From positions 63,866 to 127,865 of the forward strand of contig JALOTZ010000006.1 of NCBI GenBank assembly GCA_025457615.1: a stretch of DNA of 64,000 nt. Reading direction: 5' to 3'. Position numbers and translations under genes: made by a program. Below are positions 26,254 through 36,402 of the stretch, in pieces. The notes beneath the pieces are model-generated. The model worked only from the letters and a program-made list of their open reading frames with translations. It was not told the DNA's origin and searched no databases. How positions within the stretch are numbered: the first letter of the stretch is position 1; every line of letters begins with the position of its first letter. The DNA is from Verrucomicrobiota bacterium. GTDB taxonomy: Bacteria; Verrucomicrobiota; Verrucomicrobiia; Limisphaerales; DSYF01.

Positions 26254-27261
26254 TCACAGCAGATTTTCGAGGATGGCCAGGGCCGTGCGCCGGACCTGTT
26301 CGGAATTGGACTCCAGCCGCCGATACTGCTGGCTCCAACCGGTCTTCTGGTGGTGAAGTTCGCGCCACATGGTCTTGAGCACGCGTTCCGTGCGCTCGAC
26401 CTGTTGCATGGCACTGCTCAGGGAATCCCGGCCCTCCGGCAAATCGGTGATGTGCCCCACAAAGAACCGGCTGATGCTCCGCTGATCCAGGATCGCGTGC
26501 AACAGCATCACCACGGTCTGCTCATACGCATACCAGCGGCGGCCGAGCATCGCATCCAGAAACCCGTGCCGCAGGGCAAAGAACTCGGATCGCGGGCGTT
26601 CGGTGAACTCGCGGATGGCCCGCGCCTCGGCGGGGAACCAGTTGTAAAGCAGGGCGAAGGTTCCGTAGGTGTCGATCAACTGTTTCGAGTGATTGTGGTC
26701 GGTGGCAATCTCTCCGATGCACACATCCTGCTGCAATTCATCGCAGATTTCAGGAAGGTCATGCAACCGGCTCAAGACTTCCCGGCCCACCGGGGCGCCG
26801 TAGTTGAAGTCCCCGGGAATCAGCCAGTAGGTGTCCCCGTCCCGCCCCCGCGCGAACGCCTCCCCCAAGCCGGTGTACCACATCTGACAGGTATCCACAC
26901 ACCAACCCTCCAGGATATCCGAATGCCGCGCCACCCGCTGCTCGACAAACCGGACGTGCCGGGGACTCCGGGCCATGGCCCGCCGCGTCTTGCAGTCCAT
27001 GACGGTGATCGGGCGCGCGTAGGTGGCCTTGTCCTGATCCAACCGCGCGATCAACGCGTAAAGCTCCTCGAGATCTCCGAGGTTGGCCGGATGCCGGAAG
27101 GGATAGATGACCACGGGATGAATGCGGCCGGAAGCGGGACTGGAAACGGAGCGCGATCGGGAAGGCAACGGCGAAACCTTTCTGCCGGAAGTGCGTTTCA
27201 TGCAGGGATGTTCCACGGAAGCCCCACCCCTGCCAAGTCTTTTGACTCTCAAGATCTTCAC
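26254..27261 (-). CDS. Hypothetical protein, no motif recognised
   Basis: 335-aa ORF (alternative start M21 at 27201) in the same orientation and tightly spaced with its neighbours. Ordinary amino-acid composition, unlike the Arg/Pro/Gly-rich antisense ORFs. Confidence 0.55.
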   Translation of the reverse strand: MKILRVKRLGRGGASVEHPCMKRTSGRKVSPLPSRSRSVSSPASGRIHPVVIYPFRHPANLGDLEELYALIARLDQDKATYARPITVMDCKTRRAMARSPRHVRFVEQRVARHSDILEGWCVDTCQMWYTGLGEAFARGRDGDTYWLIPGDFNYGAPVGREVLSRLHDLPEICDELQQDVCIGEIATDHNHSKQLIDTYGTFALLYNWFPAEARAIREFTERPRSEFFALRHGFLDAMLGRRWYAYEQTVVMLLHAILDQRSISRFFVGHITDLPEGRDSLSSAMQQVERTERVLKTMWRELHHQKTGWSQQYRRLESNSEQVRRTALAILENLL

Positions 27262-27333
27262 ACGCCGACGAACCGAGCCTGGCGTCCCGGCCCGGCACCG
27301 GCAGTCCGGTCCGTAACGCAGGGGCAGGTGTTT

Positions 27334-29085
27334 TCAAGCCGGGGCCGGCATGCCGACCTCGAGACTGAGCCTGTCCGCCGAGGCGGCGTCCGCCCATTTG
27401 ACCATCGCCATGAAGCTGTTAAGCGTGGGGCTGTGGGGATTCGCCTTGAACATGTTCCGCAGGCTGTTCACCACCTTGTGGTAAAAGGCGGCGTACTTCT
27501 CATGCAGCAGCCGGCCCACATACACCTGCATGACGGCGTGGGCCAGGGGGTCGATCTTTCCACTCGGCAGATACGGCAACTGGCAGAAGACCCGGATGAA
27601 GGAAACAGGGTCGGCTTCAATCAGCGCCAGCCAGCTCTCCTTCACCTCGTCCACATCATACCTGGTATGCAACCGCTCGCGGATCGCGGCCGCCACCGCA
27701 GCGGCATCCTCCCGTTTGAGGATCCGGTCCTTGATGTCCGCCCAAACCATCTGGCGTTCGGTCTCCGGAGGCACGAGGGAGGCGGCCTTGGCGGCTTCCT
27801 CGATGCCCTTCAACCCCAACTGCTGGGCCACGGCACGCCCCAGTTCCGTCAATTCATCCCGAAACCGGCGGTCGGAGGACATGATGGATCCGACCATGAG
27901 TCGCTGCATGTCCGGACCGAGCAACTTGAGCAAGGACACCAGCGCTTGGAGTTCAGGCGCTGGTTGGGGGGGGGGGGGAATCAGGTGGCGGACGAACTCG
28001 GTCAGCGCATGCTCGAGGTCCAAGACCGGTTCCGCCCGGAGCGCGAGCAGATGTTTGAGGGTCCGGGCCGCCCCCCAGCTCTTGCCGAGGTTGTTGACGA
28101 CCATGTGACGGTGCTCGGGCTTGATGATGAAGGCCAGCAACTCCTCGATGCGCGCCAGCGTGGGCTCGTCCAGATCCGTGCCGGCATTGGAGAGGGCCAT
28201 CTGTTCCACCGCCGCGGGCAGGCGCTGGGCAAACACGGCGTCGGGCGCCTCGGTGGACTGGTTCTCGTAGTATCGCAGGAGCTCGAGGATGAATGACAGG
28301 CGGGCAAACACCTGCTTTTGCTCGCGCGCCTCCGCGCTGGCCGAGCGGCTCCGCTGGACCTTGCGGTAAAGCCCCAACAACCCCTCCTTCTTCGCCGTCT
28401 CCAGTCCGGCGTCCTGCTGCACCAATCGCTCGAAGTGGTCCTTGAATCCCAACACGATCTCCTCCGGCTTGGGCCGGGGATTGAACCGCTTGTCGGTGGT
28501 CAGGTCTTCAAAAAACGCCAGGGCCGAAGCGCCAAACTCGCGCACGATGCGTTCCTGCGGCACCTGACCCTTGACGAAACAACGGTTGGCCCGGACGATA
28601 CTCGGGGTGAAGAACGACTCCGGGGCCGTGACCAAACCCTCCAGCATCGAGCGTTCGAGCGGCGTCTCGAGCCGAACCAGTTCTTCCACAGCCGGTTTGA
28701 CAGCATCCTTGAGCGCCTGCTTGCGGTCCTCGAGAGTCCGGAGAAGCGCCGGCTTGGAAGCCGCGGCCTCGACCTTGCCCTTGAGCAAACCGACACACAC
28801 CTCACACACTTCCGCGTTGTGATCCACCAGACGGGACACCAGCAACCCGACGTCGTTGATCGGCAGTTTGCTGACCAGGTCCACGAGGAAATTCACGAGG
28901 TCACCATGGGAACGCTGGCGATGCTCGATCAGGCGCTCCATCAGGAACCGCAGGGTCTTGTTCTCCGCCTCGAGGGTGCTGCGTTCCGCGGCCGCCTGCT
29001 CCACTTTCAGCTTGAGATCCCTCCACTCCTGCTGGATCTCCTCGACTGACACGGCGGGACGTTGAGCAAGCTCCGGTTCTGTCAT
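27334..29085 (-). CDS. Hypothetical, predicted all-alpha protein with N-terminal coiled coil, no motif recognised
   Basis: Track ORF 27334..29163. ATG 29085 (MTEPELAQRP) chosen. 583 aa. N-terminal heptad-like EEIQQEWRDLKLKVEQAAAERSTLEAENKTLRFLMERL. Contains the C13 tract encoding PPPP. Confidence 0.6.
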   Translation of the reverse strand: MTEPELAQRPAVSVEEIQQEWRDLKLKVEQAAAERSTLEAENKTLRFLMERLIEHRQRSHGDLVNFLVDLVSKLPINDVGLLVSRLVDHNAEVCEVCVGLLKGKVEAAASKPALLRTLEDRKQALKDAVKPAVEELVRLETPLERSMLEGLVTAPESFFTPSIVRANRCFVKGQVPQERIVREFGASALAFFEDLTTDKRFNPRPKPEEIVLGFKDHFERLVQQDAGLETAKKEGLLGLYRKVQRSRSASAEAREQKQVFARLSFILELLRYYENQSTEAPDAVFAQRLPAAVEQMALSNAGTDLDEPTLARIEELLAFIIKPEHRHMVVNNLGKSWGAARTLKHLLALRAEPVLDLEHALTEFVRHLIPPPPQPAPELQALVSLLKLLGPDMQRLMVGSIMSSDRRFRDELTELGRAVAQQLGLKGIEEAAKAASLVPPETERQMVWADIKDRILKREDAAAVAAAIRERLHTRYDVDEVKESWLALIEADPVSFIRVFCQLPYLPSGKIDPLAHAVMQVYVGRLLHEKYAAFYHKVVNSLRNMFKANPHSPTLNSFMAMVKWADAASADRLSLEVGMPAPA

Positions 29086-29193
29086 GGACCCAATCTGCCC
29101 CAATCGCCCCCACTCTTTCCAACCAATTTTGCAGGGAACCCACGCGGCTTTCCCACCAGACACTCCATGGGGAAATCCCCATCGCCGGGGAGT

Positions 29194-30219
29194 TTAGTCG
29201 AAGGCAATCCGGTAAAACCGGTTCGGGAGCGTGACGGATTGAGGGTCCACCAGGTTCACCGGTTCTGTCGAGGTGGCCACCCCCTCGCCAAGGACCTGCC
29301 AGGTCACCAGATCCGTGGACGCCTCGACCCGGTAATGTTGGCCCGTGAGAGCCGCGATGCGGAGTTGCGACCGGCTGGAGGCGTCCGCAGTGAGGAGTTG
29401 CAGTGGTCCATAACCCGGGGATGGGCCGGTGAGCGCGAGCCGATAGAAGCGTGGCACACCCGATCCTGTTTGCGTGTCCATCAGGTCCAAAGGCTGGCTC
29501 GCGGCGCTTACTCCCTCGTGGAGCGCAGCCCAGGTCTTGAGATCCGACGAAACCTGGATTTGATAGCCCTGCCCCGCCGCGACCAGGGGCCGCAGCAGGA
29601 CAGTTCCCTGCGGCAAGGGACCCCGCCTGTGGTCCATCCAGCCGGGCACCTGCGCGGTGTTCGGCAAAGCCAGCCGGTAAAAGCGCCTCGGCAGCCGGGC
29701 CGCCTCGGGATCGTTGTATTCGAGCCAGTTGGTGGACAGGCTGACGCTCTGGTGGATCGTCCGCCAGTGGACCAGATCTTCGGAGGCCTGCACCTCGTAG
29801 GGGTGCTTGGGTTTCACCCGAAACCGCACCCCGGGCGCTTGCGTTCCACTGCCGCGAACCGCGCGCATCGGCGCCTGGACCGGACTGGGCACGGTGTAAA
29901 CGACTTCCCCGGACGGAGCGCTTTCGAATCGCTCCTGATTGTAGGCCGTCACGGCAAAGAAGTAGGTTTGCTCGGGCAACAAACCTTCGACCGTGGCCTG
30001 TGTTGCTCCCCCTGAATCCACGTGCGCGCTGTAAACACGGCTGGCGGTGCCATAATACACATGGTAGCCGGTCACCGTCGGATCCGGGCTGGGATCCCAA
30101 GCCAGCGTCACCGACTCCGTCGCCGCCTCGGCCACCGCGGAAACCCAGAGCACGGAGGCCAACGACAGGGCGAACAGCCACCGCCGGGCACCGCTTCGGG
30201 CACTCGTCACGAAATGCAC
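29194..30219 (-). CDS. Secreted protein: FN3 domain + three ~75-aa beta-sandwich modules each ending RFYR(L/I)A
   Basis: No in-frame ATG near the signal peptide, so GTG 30219 (or 30210) is proposed. Signal peptide RRWLFALSLASVLWVSAVAEA. FN3: VTLAWDPSPDPTVTGYHVYYG...TYFFAVTAYN. Modules at 29665-29880, 29428-29664 and 29197-29427. Confidence 0.7.
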   Translation of the reverse strand: MHFVTSARSGARRWLFALSLASVLWVSAVAEAATESVTLAWDPSPDPTVTGYHVYYGTASRVYSAHVDSGGATQATVEGLLPEQTYFFAVTAYNQERFESAPSGEVVYTVPSPVQAPMRAVRGSGTQAPGVRFRVKPKHPYEVQASEDLVHWRTIHQSVSLSTNWLEYNDPEAARLPRRFYRLALPNTAQVPGWMDHRRGPLPQGTVLLRPLVAAGQGYQIQVSSDLKTWAALHEGVSAASQPLDLMDTQTGSGVPRFYRLALTGPSPGYGPLQLLTADASSRSQLRIAALTGQHYRVEASTDLVTWQVLGEGVATSTEPVNLVDPQSVTLPNRFYRIAFD

Positions 30220-30426
30220 TTCAATGTTGTTCACGGCGCATGCGTCCGCTGGAAAACGCGGGCTCGCGGTCGGAGGCAGACACACCCCTCCCGAGGGATC
30301 CCGATTCAGGTTCGAGTTACGGCCGGTTTTTCCGGACCGGATTTGGTTTACCGCAGGGCCGGTTGTCGCCGTGAGGCGGCCAGCGGCCTGCGATGGCCCC
30401 ACGCGAAGGCGAGCCGCCGCACCCTT

Positions 30427-30442
30427 GGCAGTTTCCGTGCCG
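30427..30442 (-). promoter_or_regulatory. Candidate sigma-54 promoter upstream of the FN3-protein operon
   Basis: The minus strand reads CGGCACGgaaaCTGCC with exact GG-N10-GC spacing, 5/6 at -24, and CTGC for TTGC at -12. It lies ~210 nt upstream of the proposed start and downstream of the activator gene. Confidence 0.35.
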
Positions 30443-30537
30443 CGACTGGGAGGTTTCCGAAACGCACTCCATCAACCACTTGCGAAATGGAGCTGCAGGA
30501 GAGGTGGCCCTGCGAAGACCCGCTGTGGAATGAATCA

Positions 30538-30559
30538 AGCCAGCGAAGGATCACTGGCT
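30538..30559 (-). terminator. Weak hairpin just after the response-regulator stop
   Basis: AGCCAG / CTGGCT 6-bp stem with a 10-nt loop. The minus-strand tail TGATTCATT is only moderately T-rich. Confidence 0.25.
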
Positions 30560-30572
30560 CAACACCAGGACA

Positions 30573-32003
<1,431 letters not shown>

Positions 32004-33496
32004 GTTCTTCCACATGCGGCAGCACGACCGTAAACGTCGCCCCACCCTCGTCGTGGTTCTGGTAACGGATCAACCCGCCGTGTTTCTCGATGATCCGCGC
32101 GGCGATGGGCAGGCCGAGCCCCGTGCCGCCTTCCTTGGTGGTGAAGAATGGATCGAACAAGCGCGTCTCCAGCTCCGGCGCAATGCCTTTGCCCGTATCG
32201 GTGACCTCCAGGGCCGCCAGACCCTGCCGATGCCGCGATGGGGCGCGTTCCTGGCGGACGCGCAGCGTGATCTCCCCGCCGTGTTTGATGCTCTCGGCGG
32301 CGTTCTGGATGAGGTTGATCATGACCTGTTTGATCTGGTGCGGGTCCGCGCGGACCCACAGCGGTTCGCTCTCCTCCAGTTTAAGCTCGATCTGGTTCTT
32401 GGCGAGCTGGGGCTTCAGCAGGGCCTGCACTTCCTGGAGGAGCCGCTGGGCCGGCACGCTCACCAACTCGGGCTCTGAGGGGCGCGCAAACCTCAGGAAA
32501 TCCTCCACAATCCGCTCCAACCGGTCCAGTTCGCCGGCAATCACCCGCACGTCCTCATCCTCCGAATCGCTCCCCGGCAAGGCCTGTTGCAGGCTGAAAA
32601 GCCGGAACCGGATGGCGGTGAGGGGATTACGGATTTCGTGCGCCACGCCGGCAGCCAGCGCTCCCAAGGACGCGAGCTTCTCCTGCCGTTCCAGCGTCCG
32701 GTGACTTTCGATGAGCTGGCGTCGCAGCGGGTCGATCATCCCGCGATACATCAACAGCAACAGCATCAAGGCCAGCACCACCACCAATCCCACGGACAGC
32801 AGAAGCACCCGTTGAAAGGTCTTCAATGTGGCGTCGGATTTTGCCAGGAAGGTGTCGAAGGAGGACCGCTGCTGCGCAATATACTCATCGCACAAGGAGA
32901 GCAGCGGCTCCGACAAGGCCTGCACTTGCTGGTAATCCTCGGGGAACATGTAGTCCTTTCCCTGAAACAATTTCGGAAAGAAGGAGGTTTGTCTGACCAG
33001 AATCTTCTTGGCTTCCCTCGCATAGTCTCCGTAAGCCACCGCGATCCGCTGGGCATAGTCCCGTTCCACCGCCGTCGCGGCATTGGTCTGAAATCCACCC
33101 AGCCATTTCTCCAGTTCCTGTGTTCCCTCGAGGAAACTGTCCCGATCCTCCTCCCTCCCATCCCTCCGATAGCGCAACAGGGTATCCTTCAGGCGCAACA
33201 CGCTGCTCTGGATGCGGACGCCCCAGTAGAAATTGTCCGCTTGCATCCCGGTGAACTCCCGCTTCAGGCCGTCCACCCGGATCCACGTGGCCCGGCTGAC
33301 GCCCAGCAGCATCAGGATGGTCACGAGGAAAATGCCCAGCACCAAACCGAACAATCCTATCCTTACTTTGGGCCCACCACGGGTGGTCGGCGGGGAACCA
33401 GCCGTGGAATAAAATGTATCACTCATCTAGGGTTCAAACCGGGTGGAGAGCTCGCCCTGCCCTCACGTTCCGTAGCGCAGGATGCCAAGCGGCCTC

Positions 33497-33513
33497 TGGC
33501 ACAGCAATCGCTA
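33497..33513 (+). promoter_or_regulatory. Near-consensus sigma-54 promoter on the plus strand
   Basis: cTGGCACagcaaTCGCt: TGGCAC is exact (33497-33502). GG at 33498-33499 and GC at 33510-11 give GG-N10-GC. One mismatch to TTGC. Confidence 0.55.
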
Positions 33514-33522
33514 GACCACGGC

Positions 33523-33635
33523 CCGTGCGGGGAGGGACACCCCCCGCACATCTCACCCAGTAACCTGCCGGGCGCAAGCCGCGTCGGGTTGTTAATCGAG
33601 CCGCCCCGCCTCCGGGGCGGCTCGATTGTTTTTCG
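33523..33635 (+). ncRNA. Candidate sigma-54-dependent small RNA (~110 nt)
   Basis: Bounded by the sigma-54 promoter at 33497 and the terminator at 33594-33633. No ORF. 5' hairpin GTGCGGGG/CCCCGCAC (33525-33549) followed by the unpaired stretch AUCUCACCCAGUAACCUG. Both flanking genes are on the opposite strand. Confidence 0.45.
33594..33635 (+). terminator. Strong plus-strand intrinsic terminator
   Basis: Perfect 15-bp stem AATCGAGCCGCCCCG / CGGGGCGGCTCGATT, loop CCTC, tail GTTTTTCG. The minus-strand reading lacks a U-tail (AACAACCC). Confidence 0.8.
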
Positions 33636-33719
33636 AACCGCCCAGGACCAACTTTTTGTCCCTCCTGAAACAAGCGGTTGCACGAAAGCGAGTCCGGGCA
33701 GCCCCCATTCCGTTGAAGG

Positions 33720-34769
33720 TTACCGGACCTTGTGCGCCGTTGCCCCGCCTTCGTCCTGACCAACCGTGATGCGAATGGTCTTGGGGTCGCCGCTGAAGTC
33801 GAACTGGGCCTGCACATCCACGGTCTTGGCAAAAAAGCGGGTTGGCGATTCGGCGAACATCACCAACTCCACCCCGCCGAAATGGACCAGGAGGTTCCCG
33901 CTGCGCCGGCTGACTTCCGCGACCCGGCGGCCCCCGCTTTCATAGACGCCGCAGTAGCTGTCCAGCCGTGCGTCCGGCAGTTGAAACTCCGGTTTGCCGG
34001 CCGCCCCCAACTCGCGCACCCAGATGTTGCGGTAGCGCACCGGATTGCCGTGGTCCTGGAGCGCGATCGGCTGCTTCTCCGGATGCGGCTTGAGCGGCGG
34101 ACGGTTTAACCAGGCCGTCTCGCCAAACAAGGGCGTGTGGTGTTGTATCAACACCCCGTTGTGAAAGGCGGTCATCCGCGGCGGCGCCAGCAATGTCCCG
34201 TCCTCGGCAAACCGGGGCGGTGTCCACAGGAGGTCATAGGTCTGCCACTCACCCGGCGGGCGGGAGGCGTTGACCAGGGGCGGATACTGATTATAGATGC
34301 TGCCGCACGAACCGTCGGCATAGGTGGTGTTCTGGAAGGAATCCAGCACCTGGATCTCGTACCGGGTGCCGCCCAGGAACACGCCGCTGTTGCCCCGGCC
34401 CTGACCCGATCCCTCCGCCGGGAGCGGCGCGGCAAACTCGAGGTGCAACTGACATTCGCCGAAGCATTGCAGTGTGCGGATGTAACCGCTGCCGGGCACA
34501 CACTCCATCGCACCATTCTTGACCACCCACTGGGTCGGCTGGCCATCCAACGCCACCCAGGGGGAAAGATCGGCCCCCTCGAACAACACGACCGCATCGG
34601 ACGGCGCCTTGCCCGCGCGCTCCGGCGTGCTGGGCCGCCCGGGATCCACCACGGGCGGCAACGGCCGGGTGCGGTCGTGACCGAGCGGCAGCGGATTCGG
34701 GATGGCGGTTTGGGCCGTAAGCAGGGCCGGACTGACGAGCCAGACCAGGATGACCAGTGGGGGCTTCAT
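33720..34769 (-). CDS. DUF1080 (3-keto-disaccharide hydrolase-like, LamG/jelly-roll) domain protein, secreted
   Basis: Track ORF 33720..35114. ATG 34769 (M116, MKPPLVILVWLVSPALLTAQT signal). Blocks W.VKNGAMEC, FGECQLHLEF, NSGVFL, YEIQVLDS, IALQDHGNPVRYRNIWVREL. Confidence 0.8.
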   Translation of the reverse strand: MKPPLVILVWLVSPALLTAQTAIPNPLPLGHDRTRPLPPVVDPGRPSTPERAGKAPSDAVVLFEGADLSPWVALDGQPTQWVVKNGAMECVPGSGYIRTLQCFGECQLHLEFAAPLPAEGSGQGRGNSGVFLGGTRYEIQVLDSFQNTTYADGSCGSIYNQYPPLVNASRPPGEWQTYDLLWTPPRFAEDGTLLAPPRMTAFHNGVLIQHHTPLFGETAWLNRPPLKPHPEKQPIALQDHGNPVRYRNIWVRELGAAGKPEFQLPDARLDSYCGVYESGGRRVAEVSRRSGNLLVHFGGVELVMFAESPTRFFAKTVDVQAQFDFSGDPKTIRITVGQDEGGATAHKVR

Positions 34770-35007
34770 GCGTGATGCGTGGGTTGAAGGTGTTCGCCAG
34801 GGGATAAAACCAGACGCGGCATGGGTTTTCAATCGCCGTTTGCGTATCGTTGGGGGACGTCGATTCTCCGATTGGCTCACGTGCGCAACCCCGTTAAGTT
34901 CAAGTCCGAACGCCACAAGCCACATGCGCCTCTCCTGCTTCAACCGATCCAAACCCGGCGATGCCGCCGCCGAAAGCGGGGCTTCGCTCCGGGACTGGAA
35001 CCAAACC

Positions 35008-36270
35008 ATGGAAAACGCCGCCGCCCGGGAGTTGTTGCGCAGCGAATTCCACCGGGCGTCGCTGCTGCTGATCACCGCGCTGCTCCTGATCCTGGCCGGC
35101 TTGACCATCTTCACGGTCGGGCGTGACGACTCGCCCCATCTGCAGGCCCGCCTGACACGCGGCGTACTGATGCTGGGAGCTTTGGCTGTCTATGAAGGCG
35201 TGGTGCTGGCCTGGCTGGTTCGGTGGCGCCGACAGCACCAGCCCTCACCCTGGAAGTTTCGCTATGGAAACACCCTGATTGAGCTCACGCTGCCCGCCGC
35301 GGCTTTGTTGCTGATCGGCAGTCAGGTCGGCCTTGCGCAGGCGCTGCTGGGTGGCGCGCCTTTCCTGCTGTTCATCCTCGTCGTGCTTTCCGCACTCTAC
35401 CTCGACTTCTGGCTCTGCGTGTTCGCGGGCTTCATCGCCGCGTCGGAATTCCTGGGTCTCTCCATCCTGGGGGTCCGCTCCGTGGAACCGGTTGCCGGCT
35501 GGGAACTCCTCACCTCCCCGGCCACCTATTGGATCAAGTCAACCATGCTGCTCATGACCGGGTTGGCCTGCGGATTTGTCGCCGTGCAAACCAAGCGCCA
35601 GATGTGGGCGGCGACGCGATCGGTCGCCGAGCGCGACCGCGCCATCAGTATGTTTGGCCAGCACGTCTCGCCGCAGGTGGCCCACCTGCTGCTCCGCCAA
35701 CCCGTCGAGTTCTGCGGCGAGCAACGCCGGGTGTGCGTGATGTTCCTGGACATCCGCGACTTCAGCCGCATGGCGGGCGAGCGCACCCCCGGCGAGGTGG
35801 TCCAATACCTCAACACCCTCTTCGGCGAACTGATCAAGGTCGTCAACCGCCACCAGGGTATCGTCAACAAGTTCCTCGGCGACGGCTTCATGGCGGTGTT
35901 CGGCGCGCCGGTGAATGATTCCGGGCAGGCGGTGCATGCGGTGGAGGCTTCCCTGGAAATGCTGCGGACCGTCGAAACACTCAATGGGGCCGAAAAGATC
36001 CCGCCCACGCGCATCGGCATCGGGCTGCACATGGGCGAGGCGGTGACCGGCAACGTGGGGTCGAGCGAGCGCAAGGAATACACCATCATCGGCGACGTGG
36101 TGAACCTGGCCTCGCGCATCGAGCAGGCCACCAAACAATTCGACGCCCGGCTGCTGGTCTCCCATGCCGTTCAACAGCAACTCGACGCCGCCCGCTATCC
36201 GGCCGAGGACCTCGGTGAGGTGACGCTGAAAGGCCAGGCCAGGCCGGCCCGACTATTCCGGCTGGCCTGA
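35008..36270 (+). CDS. Membrane-anchored class III adenylate/guanylate cyclase
   Basis: Multiple N-terminal TM segments, then a CHD domain: VMFLDIRDFS, KFLGDGFMAVFGAP, IGIGLHMGEAVTGNVGS, EYTIIGDVVNLASRIE. Start 35008 (alternative 34924). Confidence 0.85.
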   Translation: MENAAARELLRSEFHRASLLLITALLLILAGLTIFTVGRDDSPHLQARLTRGVLMLGALAVYEGVVLAWLVRWRRQHQPSPWKFRYGNTLIELTLPAAALLLIGSQVGLAQALLGGAPFLLFILVVLSALYLDFWLCVFAGFIAASEFLGLSILGVRSVEPVAGWELLTSPATYWIKSTMLLMTGLACGFVAVQTKRQMWAATRSVAERDRAISMFGQHVSPQVAHLLLRQPVEFCGEQRRVCVMFLDIRDFSRMAGERTPGEVVQYLNTLFGELIKVVNRHQGIVNKFLGDGFMAVFGAPVNDSGQAVHAVEASLEMLRTVETLNGAEKIPPTRIGIGLHMGEAVTGNVGSSERKEYTIIGDVVNLASRIEQATKQFDARLLVSHAVQQQLDAARYPAEDLGEVTLKGQARPARLFRLA

Positions 36271-36402
36271 GCCCCTTCGCAGAAGGAAAGGCCGGCGCTG
36301 AAGTGGAGGATGACGTCGGGATCGAATGGGCGCGGAGTGAGTTGCACTGCCCAGTTGTCACTCGCTTTTCAGTCCGGGCCGTCTATGCTGCCCCACCGTG
36401 AT

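Noticed and set aside
25783-28296. 837-aa plus-strand ORF spanning the CBM48, 335-aa and 583-aa genes.
   Set aside because: It is antisense to three co-oriented genes with normal composition. Its own translation is low-complexity and Arg/Gly/Pro/His-rich, with no motif. The same reasoning rejects 1664..3136 (+), 8102..9487 (-), 10118..11920 (-), 13397..15103 (-), 15799..17331 (-), 36358..38592 (-), 39514..41010 (+), 44200..46029 (-), 52565..54586 (-), 56093..59095 (-) and 59565..61103 (-).
30427-30442. Plus-strand reading of the same site (TTGGCAGtttccGTGCC) as a sigma-54 promoter.
   Set aside because: The site is quasi-palindromic, so both strands satisfy GG-N10-GC. A plus-strand transcript would run antisense into the response-regulator gene with no terminator or ORF. 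The minus-strand interpretation, with the operon downstream, is more parsimonious but unproven.
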